From Candidatus Latescibacterota bacterium (GTDB lineage Bacteria > Krumholzibacteriota > Krumholzibacteriia > WVZY01), in contig CAWBQK010000013.1 of the NCBI GenBank assembly GCA_963791045.1, positions 256,001-320,000 of the forward strand: a stretch of 64,000 nucleotides of DNA, read 5' to 3'. Shown piece by piece: positions 29,744-40,185 of the stretch. Positions within the stretch are counted from its first letter, which is position 1. Every line of letters begins with the position of its first letter. Made by a program: the position numbers and the translations under genes. Under the pieces are notes generated by a model. It saw nothing but the letters and a program-made list of their open reading frames with translations, had not been told where the DNA came from and ran no database searches.

Positions 29744-29870
29744 TCGGGGCACCTTGAAAGCGCGTTGAGTCGGCACGGCCCTGATCATACGGGCTTTACA
29801 TGTGGCGGGCAACCCGCATATTCTTGCACGAAAGTTGCCTTCGACCGACCCTTTCAATTGGAGCGGAGAC

Positions 29871-31427
29871 GTGCACCCGACAAAACCCGACGAGAAGCGC
29901 GCGGCGTTCATGGACATCGGCACCAACTCGGTGCGGATGCTGATCGTCGGCATCACCGGCGACACGTACACGGTGCTCAGCAAGCAAAAAGAAATGGTCC
30001 GTCTTGGAGAGGGCGAATTCGACGACGGGATGCTCAAACCCGAAGCCGTGGAACGCGCTGCGCTGGTCTGCGGCGAATTCGCGGAAATGGCCAGGGGATT
30101 CGAAGTGGACGACATCCTCGCGGTCGCCACGTCGGCGCTCCGTGAAGCCGACAACAGGGCCGAGTTCATCGAGCGCCTGCATGAGGAAGCGGCCCTCGAC
30201 GTTAGAGTCATTTCAGGCCCCGAAGAGGCGCGCCTGATCTACCTGGGAGTATCGAGAAGCATCCATCTCGAAAGCACCCCGGCTCTTTTTATCGATATTG
30301 GCGGCGGGAGCACCGAGCTCATCGTCGGCGACAACGTCGACTACGAATCGCTCGACAGCGTGCAGCTCGGCGCAATCCGGCTCGCAAATCTATTTTTTCT
30401 GAAGGACGAAAATGGGCCGGTGCCACGGAGCCGATACAAATTGATCCGTCAGTATGTTTACAACAGGGCGATCCGCGTCATCCAACGGCTTGCCGGCAAA
30501 AAGTATGCGGCGGTGGTGGGCAGTTCTGGGACCATCGAGAATCTCGCCGACATTGCCGCACGGATGTTCCACGGACGTAAACGCGTTCCGGAAGATCTCT
30601 TGACCCGCGCCCAGCTCAAAACGGTTATTTCACACCTTTGTGAGCTTCCGCTCGAAAAGAGGCGGCAGGTACACGGCATAAATGCGAACAGAGCCGACAT
30701 CATCATCGCGGGTGCCGCTGTTCTCGATGGTCTGATGAAAGCGCTCCATGTCGATGAACTCCGCATAAGCGGACGTGGCGTTCAACACGGCCTCCTCGTC
30801 GATTATCTCGCATCAAATCAGCACGATCTTCACGCGAAACCCTACACGGTCCGCGAGCGTAGTGTTTTAAAACTCGGAAGATCCTGCCGGTTCGACGAAC
30901 AACACGCGCGGCACGTGGCGGATCTCGCCCTCGAACTTTTCGACTCGGGCAAAGAGGCGGGGCTTCACGCGCTGGGCGAATGGGAGAGGGAGCTTCTTGG
31001 CCACGCCGCTCTTCTTCACGACGTCGGGATGTTTGTCGCGTATAACAGCCACGAGGCACACACCTACTATCTCATCCGCCACGCCAACCTTCTTGGTTTC
31101 GATCAGACCGAAACCGCGATCATGGCGTCGACGGCTTTCTTTCACCGCAAACGTTTCCCGCGCAAAAAACACCCCGAGTTTGCCACGCTCGACAAACGAT
31201 CCGGCCAAATCGTGAGGGTTCTCGCGACGTTTCTGCGAATGGCGGAAAGTCTCGACCGAAGTCACACTAACGCTATCGACCATGTACGGCTCCTGTCGGG
31301 AGACGAAGAGATCGTTTTGGAGACCCGATCGGAAAAGGGCACGCAGCTCGAAGAATGGAATATCCCCCAGAGGGCCGAGGAGTTCGAGAGGGTGTTCGAA
31401 AAAACGCTCGTGGTTAAGAAGTTGTAG
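29871..31427 (+). CDS. ppx: Ppx/GppA exopolyphosphatase with C-terminal HD domain
   Basis: DIGTNSVR, ATSALREA, ISGPEEARL, DIGGGSTE, LLHDVG. Confidence 0.92.
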   Translation: MHPTKPDEKRAAFMDIGTNSVRMLIVGITGDTYTVLSKQKEMVRLGEGEFDDGMLKPEAVERAALVCGEFAEMARGFEVDDILAVATSALREADNRAEFIERLHEEAALDVRVISGPEEARLIYLGVSRSIHLESTPALFIDIGGGSTELIVGDNVDYESLDSVQLGAIRLANLFFLKDENGPVPRSRYKLIRQYVYNRAIRVIQRLAGKKYAAVVGSSGTIENLADIAARMFHGRKRVPEDLLTRAQLKTVISHLCELPLEKRRQVHGINANRADIIIAGAAVLDGLMKALHVDELRISGRGVQHGLLVDYLASNQHDLHAKPYTVRERSVLKLGRSCRFDEQHARHVADLALELFDSGKEAGLHALGEWERELLGHAALLHDVGMFVAYNSHEAHTYYLIRHANLLGFDQTETAIMASTAFFHRKRFPRKKHPEFATLDKRSGQIVRVLATFLRMAESLDRSHTNAIDHVRLLSGDEEIVLETRSEKGTQLEEWNIPQRAEEFERVFEKTLVVKKL

Positions 31428-31480
31428 CGGAAAGGTTTACCGGCTGCAGCGAAGAAAACATCCAACGAGACGCAAGCCGG

Positions 31481-31957
31481 TCATTTCAATAAAGTGGCAG
31501 GTTGCAACAACCAAACGAGCTCCCCGTGCCGGCTGTCCCGAGAGCAAAGATCCACACGCGCGACACTTCCCTTTTTGCACACCACTATGGCGCCGCCGAT
31601 AAGTTCGCCGATAATCGAACTGCAACTCGGCTCGTGACCAACGAAGGCGATCCGTTCAACGGCGGGGTGCTCCTCAATCAACGATCTCACGTCTGACACA
31701 TCGAACCCGAACCCGAGTCTATCATCAACCACAAGCCGATCTTTGATTTCCAGGACATCGGCGACTATTGTGGCCGTCTGAATCGCGCGGGTTAACGGGC
31801 TCGAGACAATGCGATCCACTTCGAACCCTATCTCCGAGAGCCGCCGCGCTTGTTTTTCCATTCGGTACTTTCCGTCGGATGTCAGCGGCCGTTCAAAATC
31901 TCCGCCGTCCCACGCGCTGCGGTCGGCCCTGCCGTGACGGATAAAATAGAGTTCCAC
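31481..31957 (-). CDS. sixA: Phosphohistidine phosphatase
   Basis: FIRHG, RPLT, SSPLTRAIQTA, VGHEP. Confidence 0.9.
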   Translation of the reverse strand: MELYFIRHGRADRSAWDGGDFERPLTSDGKYRMEKQARRLSEIGFEVDRIVSSPLTRAIQTATIVADVLEIKDRLVVDDRLGFGFDVSDVRSLIEEHPAVERIAFVGHEPSCSSIIGELIGGAIVVCKKGSVARVDLCSRDSRHGELVWLLQPATLLK

Positions 31958-31974
31958 TTGTCACGTCCTCCCGG

Positions 31975-33747
31975 TCAAAGCGGCCAGAAAACAGGGATGA
32001 GGAATGTGGCGGCGATCCACAAAATCAGATTGAGCGCCAGACCGATCCGCAGGTAGTCGCGGAAGAAATATCCGCCCGGACCCATTACAAGAAGGTTGGT
32101 TTGATACCCGATCGGCGTGGCAAAACACGCGCTGGCGCCAAACGCGACGGCGATGAGAAGCGGCTTGGGGTCGACCCCCATCTCTCGGGCAATCTCGAGA
32201 ACAAGGGGCGTGAGAAGAACCGCCGTTGCGTTGTTGGTCAGGAACGCCGAAAGCAAACTCGTTATGAAGTACACAATCGCGATCAACATCGTCGGGCCAA
32301 AATTGTCCGCGATTCCAATCACTCCGCGGGCCAGGAGCTCCGCCATGCCTGTTTTTTCCATCGCGATCCCGAGCGGAAGGGTGGCGGCAATAAGGAGAAG
32401 AACCGAGCTTTCAAGCGACCGAAAGGCTTCCCGAACCCGCAAACACCTGACCAGCATCATCAACGCCGCCCCCCCGACGGCGAGAATCGACAGCGGCATC
32501 CAGCCGAACGTGGCGCCGACAATGACGAGAACCATAATCAAAAACGCGATCGGCGCGTTCTTTGGGAAGCGAAGGGTCCTTTCAACTCCCTCGACGAGAA
32601 GCACGTCGCCCGTCGCCTGGAGTTCGTAGAGCGAGCTTTCCTCGCCCTGAATCAACAACACGTCGCCCACCTGGAGTTTCATCTCGCGAAGGCGTTCATG
32701 GAGATGGCGCCCCATTCGTTGAACGGCGAGGACCTTGATCCCATAATGCCTGTTAAGACCGATTTCGCCCAACCGAAGATTGAAAAACGGCGAGTTCGGC
32801 GTGACAACAGCCTCAACCACATGGAGATCCATCCGGCTGATACGAACGCGTTGTGTGTCCGCGACTGCCGACGCCAGGTCGATGCCCTGTCTTTCGAGAA
32901 GCGTGTGGATCCCACGTGCCGTTCCCTCGACAAGAAGCGTGTCACCGGTTTCTATCTCTGTGTTGTCCGGGGGGCCCAAAAGAACATCTTCACCCCGGAC
33001 GAGCTCGAGGATTTTCACGTCTTCGATGCCCGAAACCAGCCCCCCCAGGTTGTCGCCTGACAACCGGCTCTTGTCGGGGACAATTATTTCGGTCACAAAC
33101 CGGCTCCTGTGCTGGCGTTCGAGAAGCTGACTCAAGACCTTTCGCTTTGGCAGCAACTTGTTTGCAAAGAGCAGGATGAACCCACCCCCCAGCACGAGGT
33201 AACACAAACCCATCGGCGTGAACTCGAACATCCCGAACCCTTCACCACCCGCCTGTTTGTAAAGACTGTGAACCAGGATATTTGTGCTGGTGCCCACAAG
33301 GGTCAACGTCCCGCCGAGAATCGCAAAGTAACTCAACGGAATCATCAGTTTTGACGGCAGAACCTGCGTTTGCTGGCAGATTCTCAGCACCACAGGAATC
33401 ATCATGATCACGACGGCGGTGTTATTCAGGAACGCGCTGGGGACAGCGGCGAGTCCCGCGATAATCAGAAGGAGAACTTTCGGGTCACGAACCGGAACAC
33501 TGGTAGCCAGGCGGGCGACATAGTCGACCGCGCCGGTTTTTGACAATCCCGCGCTCAAAACAAACATCGCGGCGATGGTTATCGTAGCCTCGTTCGCAAA
33601 GCCCGACATCGCTTCCGCGGGCGTCAGAATTCCCGCGGCGGGAAGCGCGAATATGATCAGCAGCGCCGTCAATTCGTACCGCAGCGCCTGGCTCACCATG
33701 AGCGCAAACGCCGCTATGAGAATCAATGTCAGCGCGATCATATCCAT
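31975..33747 (-). CDS. SLC13/DASS family permease with TrkA-C domains
   Basis: SAFLNNT, LVGTSTN, FLTNNATA and TPIGYQTN motifs, with two central TrkA-C regions. Confidence 0.9.
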   Translation of the reverse strand: MDMIALTLILIAAFALMVSQALRYELTALLIIFALPAAGILTPAEAMSGFANEATITIAAMFVLSAGLSKTGAVDYVARLATSVPVRDPKVLLLIIAGLAAVPSAFLNNTAVVIMMIPVVLRICQQTQVLPSKLMIPLSYFAILGGTLTLVGTSTNILVHSLYKQAGGEGFGMFEFTPMGLCYLVLGGGFILLFANKLLPKRKVLSQLLERQHRSRFVTEIIVPDKSRLSGDNLGGLVSGIEDVKILELVRGEDVLLGPPDNTEIETGDTLLVEGTARGIHTLLERQGIDLASAVADTQRVRISRMDLHVVEAVVTPNSPFFNLRLGEIGLNRHYGIKVLAVQRMGRHLHERLREMKLQVGDVLLIQGEESSLYELQATGDVLLVEGVERTLRFPKNAPIAFLIMVLVIVGATFGWMPLSILAVGGAALMMLVRCLRVREAFRSLESSVLLLIAATLPLGIAMEKTGMAELLARGVIGIADNFGPTMLIAIVYFITSLLSAFLTNNATAVLLTPLVLEIAREMGVDPKPLLIAVAFGASACFATPIGYQTNLLVMGPGGYFFRDYLRIGLALNLILWIAATFLIPVFWPL

Positions 33748-33777
33748 AAAATCTCTTCGACTCCTAAACGGTCGGCG

Positions 33778-35227
33778 TTATTCGATATCGGCCGCCACTT
33801 CGTTAATCAATTTCCACGCCTGTTCGACGTGCCGCGCTTCCGTCATCGCCTGACCGATACAAAACCGGAGAGTCAGGCGGTCGTCTACTCGAGTATGTGT
33901 CAAATACAGCCGTCCGCTTTTGTTCAAACGGTCCATGATGGTCTGGTTCACGTCGTCACCACCCGTGTGTCTGAAACACACAAGATTGAGAGGAGCTGGA
34001 GCGGCAAGTTCGAACCGGCCACTCTCGACGATCCATGACGCGAACTCCTGGGCAAGCTCAACGTGTCGGCGGACGTGATGCGCCAGACCTTCGACCCCGT
34101 AGTGCCGGATTACAAACCACAACTTCAGGGCACGAAACCGCCGGCCCAGCTGCACGTGCCAGTCGCGGTAATCGATAACCGCACCCGACCGCGTTGCCTC
34201 GTTTCTCAAATACTCGGGCAGTATGGTCAAGGCATCGATAAGCGCTTTGCGGTCCCTCACATAGAAACAGTCACAGTCGAAATTCGTAAACATCCACTTG
34301 TGCGGATTGAAGCAATAACTGTCCGCGAGTTCCAGCCCATCGTGAATCCATCGGAACTCCGGGCAAACCGCAGCGGTGCCAGACATGGCTGCGTCGGCAT
34401 GCAGCCACAGTCCATGTTCCCGGCAGATCTTGCCGATTTCGCCGCAGAGGGTCCATCGCATTCGTCGATGTGGTTCCGACCGTGGCACTGACAAAAAATG
34501 GCTCGAGTCCATTCTGCAAATCCTCGGCGACCTTTCGCGACAGATCATCGGGCCGCATCGCCAGAGCGTCGTCGACATCGACACTGCGCAGATTTTTGCG
34601 CCCGATGCCGGCGATCCTGACTCCTTTTTCGATCGAAGAATGACCCTGGCTTGATGTGTACGCAATTAGCTTTCCATTACAGCCGGATTCGTTTGATTCC
34701 AGCCCCGTAAACCGCTCTCGCGCCGCTATCAACGCGCACAGCGAGGCGCTCGAAGCCGTATCCTGTATCACGCCCCCACCCGGGCCGGTCGAGAGAAATC
34801 CCGACGGAAGGCCGAGCATCTCGACGAGCCAGTCGAGCACCTGGGTCTCAAGTTCGGTGCAGGCCGGGCTCGTCGCCCACAGCATCCCCTGGACACCCAA
34901 CCCGGAAGAAATCATGTCACCGAGAATCGACGGGCCCGATGTGTTTGACGGGAAATATGCAAAAAAATTCGGCGATTGCCAGTGGGTGACACCGGGCAGG
35001 ATGATTCGACCAACGTCATCCAGGATCGAGGCGAACGCCTCGCCCTTTTGCGGCGGACGATCGGGAAGAGCATCGCGAATATCCCCGGGGGACACTTTTG
35101 AGAGAACGTCCATCTTCTCCACGTTCTCGTGGTAGTCGGCGATCCAATCGACGACCATCCTTCCGAACTCCCTGAATTCGTCCGGAGTCATGTGGTAACT
35201 CATTGTTTCACAAGGTCTTTTGGGCAT
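33778..35227 (-). CDS. PLP-dependent aromatic amino acid decarboxylase (group II), frameshift near 34444
   Basis: THWQSPNFFAYFP, SPACTELE, HSSIEK in one frame. WLHADAA, NPHKW (PLP lysine) and LGRRFRALKLW in the next frame. Confidence 0.9.
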
Positions 35228-35287
35228 GGGCTTCTCCTCAAATTCCCGCGCGGATCCTGTCGCCGATCGCCCCACTCTTCGTTTGGT

Positions 35288-37384
35288 CTAATTCGAGCTT
35301 ACCTGTTCCAGCGCTCGCTTCGTCGCTTCGAGCATCGCTTCCGCCCCGACAGGTGATCCCGTCGCATTCTTCATCCAGATATCCGGAGCGACGTTTCCGA
35401 CAACCGCCATCCGTTCGACTTCCGACCCCACCGTCCCCGCTTTTTTCATCTGCTCCTCTATCTGCAGCGCAATCAAGTGACCCAAAGGATAGTCGGGGAG
35501 ATAGAGGAACGAGTGAATCATATGCGAGTAAACACCGAGCAAAACGACGTCGTTCGTTTTGAAAATCGGGGCGTAGTACTTGTTCCAGACACCCTTTGAA
35601 ATCTCGATCGTGGCTTTTTTGAGTTCCGCGGGTGTGGCCTGCGGATGGTCGTACATCCAGTGCCACACGGCCATATCGACCAGCGCCACCGCCGCGATCT
35701 CGCAGGCGCCCCAATAATCGTTGAGAATTTTCATGGATTCGCTTTCGGAATCGGGCGAATCCAGACCCAGCAGCTGGAGATCGTGAGCCTGAAATACGAA
35801 GGCGAACGCTTCCGTGAACGCGGTATTGGGAACTCCCTGGAGAAGCGTGTGATCGATGTCATTCAAAGAAAGCGTCTGTTCGACGTTGTGCCCCATCTCG
35901 TGGACGGCGATATTAAACCCTTTGTAGTCCATCCCGTCGCTGCCAACTCGCGTCCGAAGCCGCGACGGAGCTTCACGCATGCCCGCACCCCAGGCGTGTC
36001 CGGACCCTCGGGCGGGTTCGACGACGATGTTCGCCGCGAGATAATCCGCACGATCCGGACTGAAGCCCAGCGTTCTCAGGAACTGGGGCATGTCCTTTTC
36101 ATAGGCCGCCGCATTCGGATATCTTTCCTGTACGATCTCGTCGAGCTGGGCCTCCGTGTACGCTCCCCTGGGACGAAATCCGTTGTACCAGATATCGAAC
36201 GGTTCAAGCGGACGTCCGAGACGCTGTTCGATAAGCGCGGCAACCTGCTTCAAAAGCGGCGACGTGAGGATTTGTTCGAACACCTCGCTCACGCGTTCTT
36301 CCGGAATCTCCCTGTTTTCGTCGAACCGGCGCGCAATATGGGTCGGCGCGGTAGGCGAGTACGGGTCGATCATTTTTGCCGCGAGAAATGTATCGAGCAG
36401 GATCTTGTATCGAGTATCCGGCTCAGGCGAGCTGGATATTTTCAGGTCCGCCGGCGCGGGCCTATCGGTATCGCTGGCCGCGGCCGCCGTCACTTCGTTT
36501 TTGTACGGTTTCCAGTCAACATACGGGTTGTCGATTACCGCCTCGGGGATGGTTTGATCCACTATCCGCTCCATGACCAGCTGTATCATACGCTGCCGCT
36601 CGAGACCGCCTTCGTCGTTGCTGTACTGGGCCTTGATTTCATCACGGAGATTCCAGTGTGAGAGCAGTCGCAGCCCCGGGCGGAACAAACGTTCGCCGTC
36701 ATCCGTCAGGAGATGGTGCATCCAAATATTGTACTCAGCGATATATTGATCCGACGCGCCTCCCGCCACCGAGACCGCCTGGAGAACCTCCGCCGGAATC
36801 CGTTTTGAGAACCGCTGCGCCAATCTCGTCTCGGCCCACTGCCGGCGGGTCCACGCCGGTCCATCGTTTAGCCGTTCGTCAAGCGTCGTGAGCGGAAAAT
36901 TGAGAAGAACGGCGAAAGCTAGTTTGTTTTCGAAGAAATCATCGGACACGTGGGACGATGGATCCCAACCGGCAAACACGCCGTCAAAAGGAAGGATGGG
37001 GCCGATGTCGAGGTCGGTTTGACGGCGGCAGATCAACATGATTTCGAGCATATGTCCGTCGATTTTTTCCAGCAGAAGCTCGTACCGCTCGAACATCTCG
37101 TCGAGCGCCGTCTCGTCGCCCGCGAAATTCGCGAGAGCGAATGCTTCGAATACTCCGGCATCGCCATCCTGCTCACGCCAAAACTGAGACACCTGGTCGA
37201 GCCCCTTCGCGACCCTTTCCCGCTGCCCTTCTCCAAACTCGGATACGAGTTGTTTTTCAAGTTTTTCGACCGAACCGTTCATCCAGTCGGGCTTGTCGAT
37301 ATTGGCAAATGACGGCACCATGCTCAATACCACCACGGCAACGGTGAAAATGGCGACGAATGCCAAACGGACGGTAATAGGCAT
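35288..37384 (-). CDS. Secreted hypothetical protein, probable gluzincin metallopeptidase
   Basis: Signal peptide. HEMGH followed by NTAFTEAFA (third ligand Glu). RBS AAGGAG. Confidence 0.7.
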   Translation of the reverse strand: MPITVRLAFVAIFTVAVVVLSMVPSFANIDKPDWMNGSVEKLEKQLVSEFGEGQRERVAKGLDQVSQFWREQDGDAGVFEAFALANFAGDETALDEMFERYELLLEKIDGHMLEIMLICRRQTDLDIGPILPFDGVFAGWDPSSHVSDDFFENKLAFAVLLNFPLTTLDERLNDGPAWTRRQWAETRLAQRFSKRIPAEVLQAVSVAGGASDQYIAEYNIWMHHLLTDDGERLFRPGLRLLSHWNLRDEIKAQYSNDEGGLERQRMIQLVMERIVDQTIPEAVIDNPYVDWKPYKNEVTAAAASDTDRPAPADLKISSSPEPDTRYKILLDTFLAAKMIDPYSPTAPTHIARRFDENREIPEERVSEVFEQILTSPLLKQVAALIEQRLGRPLEPFDIWYNGFRPRGAYTEAQLDEIVQERYPNAAAYEKDMPQFLRTLGFSPDRADYLAANIVVEPARGSGHAWGAGMREAPSRLRTRVGSDGMDYKGFNIAVHEMGHNVEQTLSLNDIDHTLLQGVPNTAFTEAFAFVFQAHDLQLLGLDSPDSESESMKILNDYWGACEIAAVALVDMAVWHWMYDHPQATPAELKKATIEISKGVWNKYYAPIFKTNDVVLLGVYSHMIHSFLYLPDYPLGHLIALQIEEQMKKAGTVGSEVERMAVVGNVAPDIWMKNATGSPVGAEAMLEATKRALEQVSSN

Positions 37385-37536
37385 TTGGAACTCCTTGGTA
37401 TGGGCGCGAAACCGTTTTGAGCTTCGAGAAGACACAACAACATCCGGCTGCCCTCATCGAGTTAAGGCGGCTCTCACCAGCGGTAAATTTGATTTGGGAT
37501 TATACCCTTTTTTGACAACGGTGTACACCGCCTTGA

Positions 37537-38187
37537 CTACAGCGGTGGGCGGAGGAGGACGGCTTCAGTCATGGCGTGCCGTTCGGGGGCGGCGGCGCCG
37601 TGGCGGTGCTCGGGGCCCATGCCTTCCCAATGGTGGATCACGTCAAAATCGGGGAAAAAGTCGAGGATTTCACCGGGTTCGAGATAAGTTCTGGTTCCCC
37701 ATTCGTCGTCCCGGAAAGAGTTCTTTCCGACGGGTTGCAGCGTTCTCGATATCTTGTTGAACGCCGGATCCGCTGTTGTAAACGCCGTCAAGAACACGAC
37801 GCTTCCCTCTCCCGTCCAATCGAGAATCTTGGCGATGAGATCCTGGATCGACGGCGGAGACAACTGCGGGACAATCCCGTAAACAGCGATGCCCGCATAC
37901 GATTCGATATCCGGAGAAAAAGTATCAAACCCACAAGCGAAGACGCGAACCGGGAGATTTTCGCGAACGGCGTGCGTTTCTATCTGGTTCACCGCCACTT
38001 TCGATGGATCGATCGCATCCACCTGAAACCCCTGCCGGGCGAGAAAAAGCGTATTGCGACCCTGGCCGGCGCCAATATCGAGAACGGGCCGCGATCGGTC
38101 GATCAACCCGCCATGGTCGATGAGCGTTTCCTCAGGTTCGGGTCCAAACACGTGTTCTATGTCACCGTATCTTTTGTCGTAATTCAA
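37537..38187 (-). CDS. Class I SAM methyltransferase (TehB-like)
   Basis: VLDIGAGQGRNTLFLA...VDAID. Confidence 0.8.
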   Translation of the reverse strand: MNYDKRYGDIEHVFGPEPEETLIDHGGLIDRSRPVLDIGAGQGRNTLFLARQGFQVDAIDPSKVAVNQIETHAVRENLPVRVFACGFDTFSPDIESYAGIAVYGIVPQLSPPSIQDLIAKILDWTGEGSVVFLTAFTTADPAFNKISRTLQPVGKNSFRDDEWGTRTYLEPGEILDFFPDFDVIHHWEGMGPEHRHGAAAPERHAMTEAVLLRPPL

Positions 38188-38202
38188 ATCTGTCCGCCCG
38201 TC

Positions 38203-38979
38203 TCACAGAATTCCCGTGCCGAGGCCCGCAGCAATTACAAACAGCATGATGGACACGACCAACTGGACGGTTCGCATCGTAATTTTTGTCAGAAGCCGGC
38301 GACCAACAACGGCGCCAAGGAACGCGCAGACCACCGCGGCAATCAAAAGCCTGGTATCCTCGCCGCCAAGTCCGGCACCAAACCGCGAGCCGTACACGCC
38401 GAGACGTATAACATCCACAACACACGCCACAACCACGCCCGTGGCAATAAAACTTTCCTTGGTCAATCCACAGCGGAGAAGAAAAACGCTCCGTAGAGCC
38501 CCCTGGTGTCCCGACAATCCACCGAAAAAGCCGCTCAACACGCCGCCAAGCGGCAAGTACCGTCTGTCCAGGGACATGCTTTCTTTGGATCCCGAAAGTT
38601 CAACAACAGCGAAGAGGACCATCAAGAGCGAAATCACGACTTTTATCGGTGTGATCGAACAATCCCGGCCCATGCAACTGTACTCATGCAGAGGTGAGAG
38701 GCCGGATATCCACACGAGGGCGCTGGCACCGGCCCAGGCCGCTATCACGGCGGGAAGTCCGAACCTTAGGGCCACATCGCGATCGGCATGGCGGCCGACG
38801 AGAAAAAGTTTTCCAAGATTGTTGGCGAGATGAACTATCGCCGTCATCGCGACGGCAATACCCGGCGGGCTGAACAGCGCAAAAACAGGAAGCAGAATTG
38901 TGCCCAGCCCAAACCCCGAGAAGAAGGTCAGCGCCGAAGCCAAAAACGACACAATACCGATGACAAGTACCGCGACCAC
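38203..38979 (-). CDS. TauE/SafE (TSUP) family transporter
   Basis: TFFSGFGLGTIL, SGFFGGLSGHQGALR, multiple TM helices. Confidence 0.85.
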   Translation of the reverse strand: MVAVLVIGIVSFLASALTFFSGFGLGTILLPVFALFSPPGIAVAMTAIVHLANNLGKLFLVGRHADRDVALRFGLPAVIAAWAGASALVWISGLSPLHEYSCMGRDCSITPIKVVISLLMVLFAVVELSGSKESMSLDRRYLPLGGVLSGFFGGLSGHQGALRSVFLLRCGLTKESFIATGVVVACVVDVIRLGVYGSRFGAGLGGEDTRLLIAAVVCAFLGAVVGRRLLTKITMRTVQLVVSIMLFVIAAGLGTGIL

Positions 38980-39074
38980 TTTTGTCCGATTCTGGAAATC
39001 AGTTCAATGTCCTCAACGAATTAAAAACAACGTTTGGAGGGTATCAGCGGGAGCGCGAAAAAGGGAGGAGAAAA

Positions 39075-39142
39075 AAGGGCAAAAAAAGGCGACGCGGCTT
39101 TTAGATGTCTCATCTTTGCAGGAGCTGTCCGAACCGCGTCGC
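39075..39142 (-). terminator. Terminator-like stem with U-tract (large loop)
   Basis: Minus strand GCGACGCGG...CCGCGTCGC followed by CTTTTTTT. Confidence 0.55.
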
Positions 39143-39307
39143 AACGTTCTTGATCTTTGGGAGCCATGTGTAAGGAGCGGAATGCTGGTGCAGCGTTGGG
39201 GGGTTGATTTGTGTGGAATCAGAAGCCTCCCGCCCCTTATACGTGACCCCGGCGGATCAATTATTTTGTTTCTATGGGAATGATAAACGATATGGGATCT
39301 TTAATCA

Positions 39308-39371
39308 ATCAGAGGAGAACCTGATTTTTTTGTAGGAGTATCACCCAAACCACCCGTAGGACAATTCCTAC
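39308..39371. promoter_or_regulatory. Candidate NarL/LuxR-type response regulator binding boxes
   Basis: Perfect GTAGGA-CAAT-TCCTAC at 39356-39371. Related GTAGGA half-site at 39332 and ATCAG-N8-CTGAT at 39308, spaced about 24 bp apart. Confidence 0.55.
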
Positions 39372-39486
39372 TTATTATTGCCGGGTTTTCACGTCGTTGT
39401 AAATTTCGCCATTTCAATATGTTTCATATTCGCCCATTCCCACGCCACATTAACCCCTCAGTTAACATAAATCAGAACGCCCCGCG

Positions 39487-40131
39487 TCAATCCACTTCGT
39501 CCTCGACAAGATCGTGCCGGAGCGCATATCGGACCAGGTCCGCATTGCTCCTGAGGTTCATCTTCTCAAGAATCCGTGCCCGGTATGTGCTAATCGTCTT
39601 CACGCTCAAACTCAGTTGGTCGGCGATCTCCGAAACCGTTTTGCCGCTTGCGAGATCGAGCAGGACTTCGTACTCGCGGTCCGAAAGTTTTTTGTGCGCG
39701 AGCACACCGGCAGCATCCCTCTCGAGATCCTCGGCAAGCTGTTCGGCCAGCGCCGCGCTTACATACTTGCCGCCGTTCAATACTTTGTTGATCGCGTTGA
39801 CGAGTTCTTCGGGGGCGGACTCTTTTGTCATGTAACCCGATGCGCCCGCTTTCAACACACGCGTGGCGAACTGATCTTCCGGATGAAAGCTCAATATCAA
39901 CACAGGCAGGTTCGGACGGTCCCTCTTTATCTCTTTAAGAGCGTCGAGTCCGCTTCTTCCCGGCATGGATACATCGAGAATCACGACATCCCACTCTTTA
40001 ACACGCAGAAGTTCCAACGCTTCTTCAGCGCTGGTCGCCTCTTCGAAATAAAGATCGTCGAATTCATCGACAAGTATCTGCTGGAGACCACGGCGGACCA
40101 CCGCGTGATCGTCCACGATCAAGACTCTCAT
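39487..40131 (-). CDS. NarL/UvrY-type response regulator (REC + LuxR HTH)
   Basis: VDDHAVVR, LDVSMPG, GASGYMTK, LSDREYEV...LSLSVKTISTYR. Confidence 0.95.
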   Translation of the reverse strand: MRVLIVDDHAVVRRGLQQILVDEFDDLYFEEATSAEEALELLRVKEWDVVILDVSMPGRSGLDALKEIKRDRPNLPVLILSFHPEDQFATRVLKAGASGYMTKESAPEELVNAINKVLNGGKYVSAALAEQLAEDLERDAAGVLAHKKLSDREYEVLLDLASGKTVSEIADQLSLSVKTISTYRARILEKMNLRSNADLVRYALRHDLVEDEVD

Positions 40132-40185
40132 AATCAACCGCTCCCAACTTTGTTCCACGAGCCTGGTCAAACAATAACACGGCCG

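Noticed and set aside
29744-30211. Long N-terminal extension of TrpF
   Set aside because: It overlaps ppx on the opposite strand. TrpF similarity begins only after ATG 29743.
29871-31957. ppx-sixA pairing as a novel system
   Set aside because: This is a common association in polyphosphate gene clusters.
34271-34665. Programmed frameshift or two-gene decarboxylase
   Set aside because: No slippery heptamer is seen, and similar single-base breaks recur across the window, favouring sequencing error.
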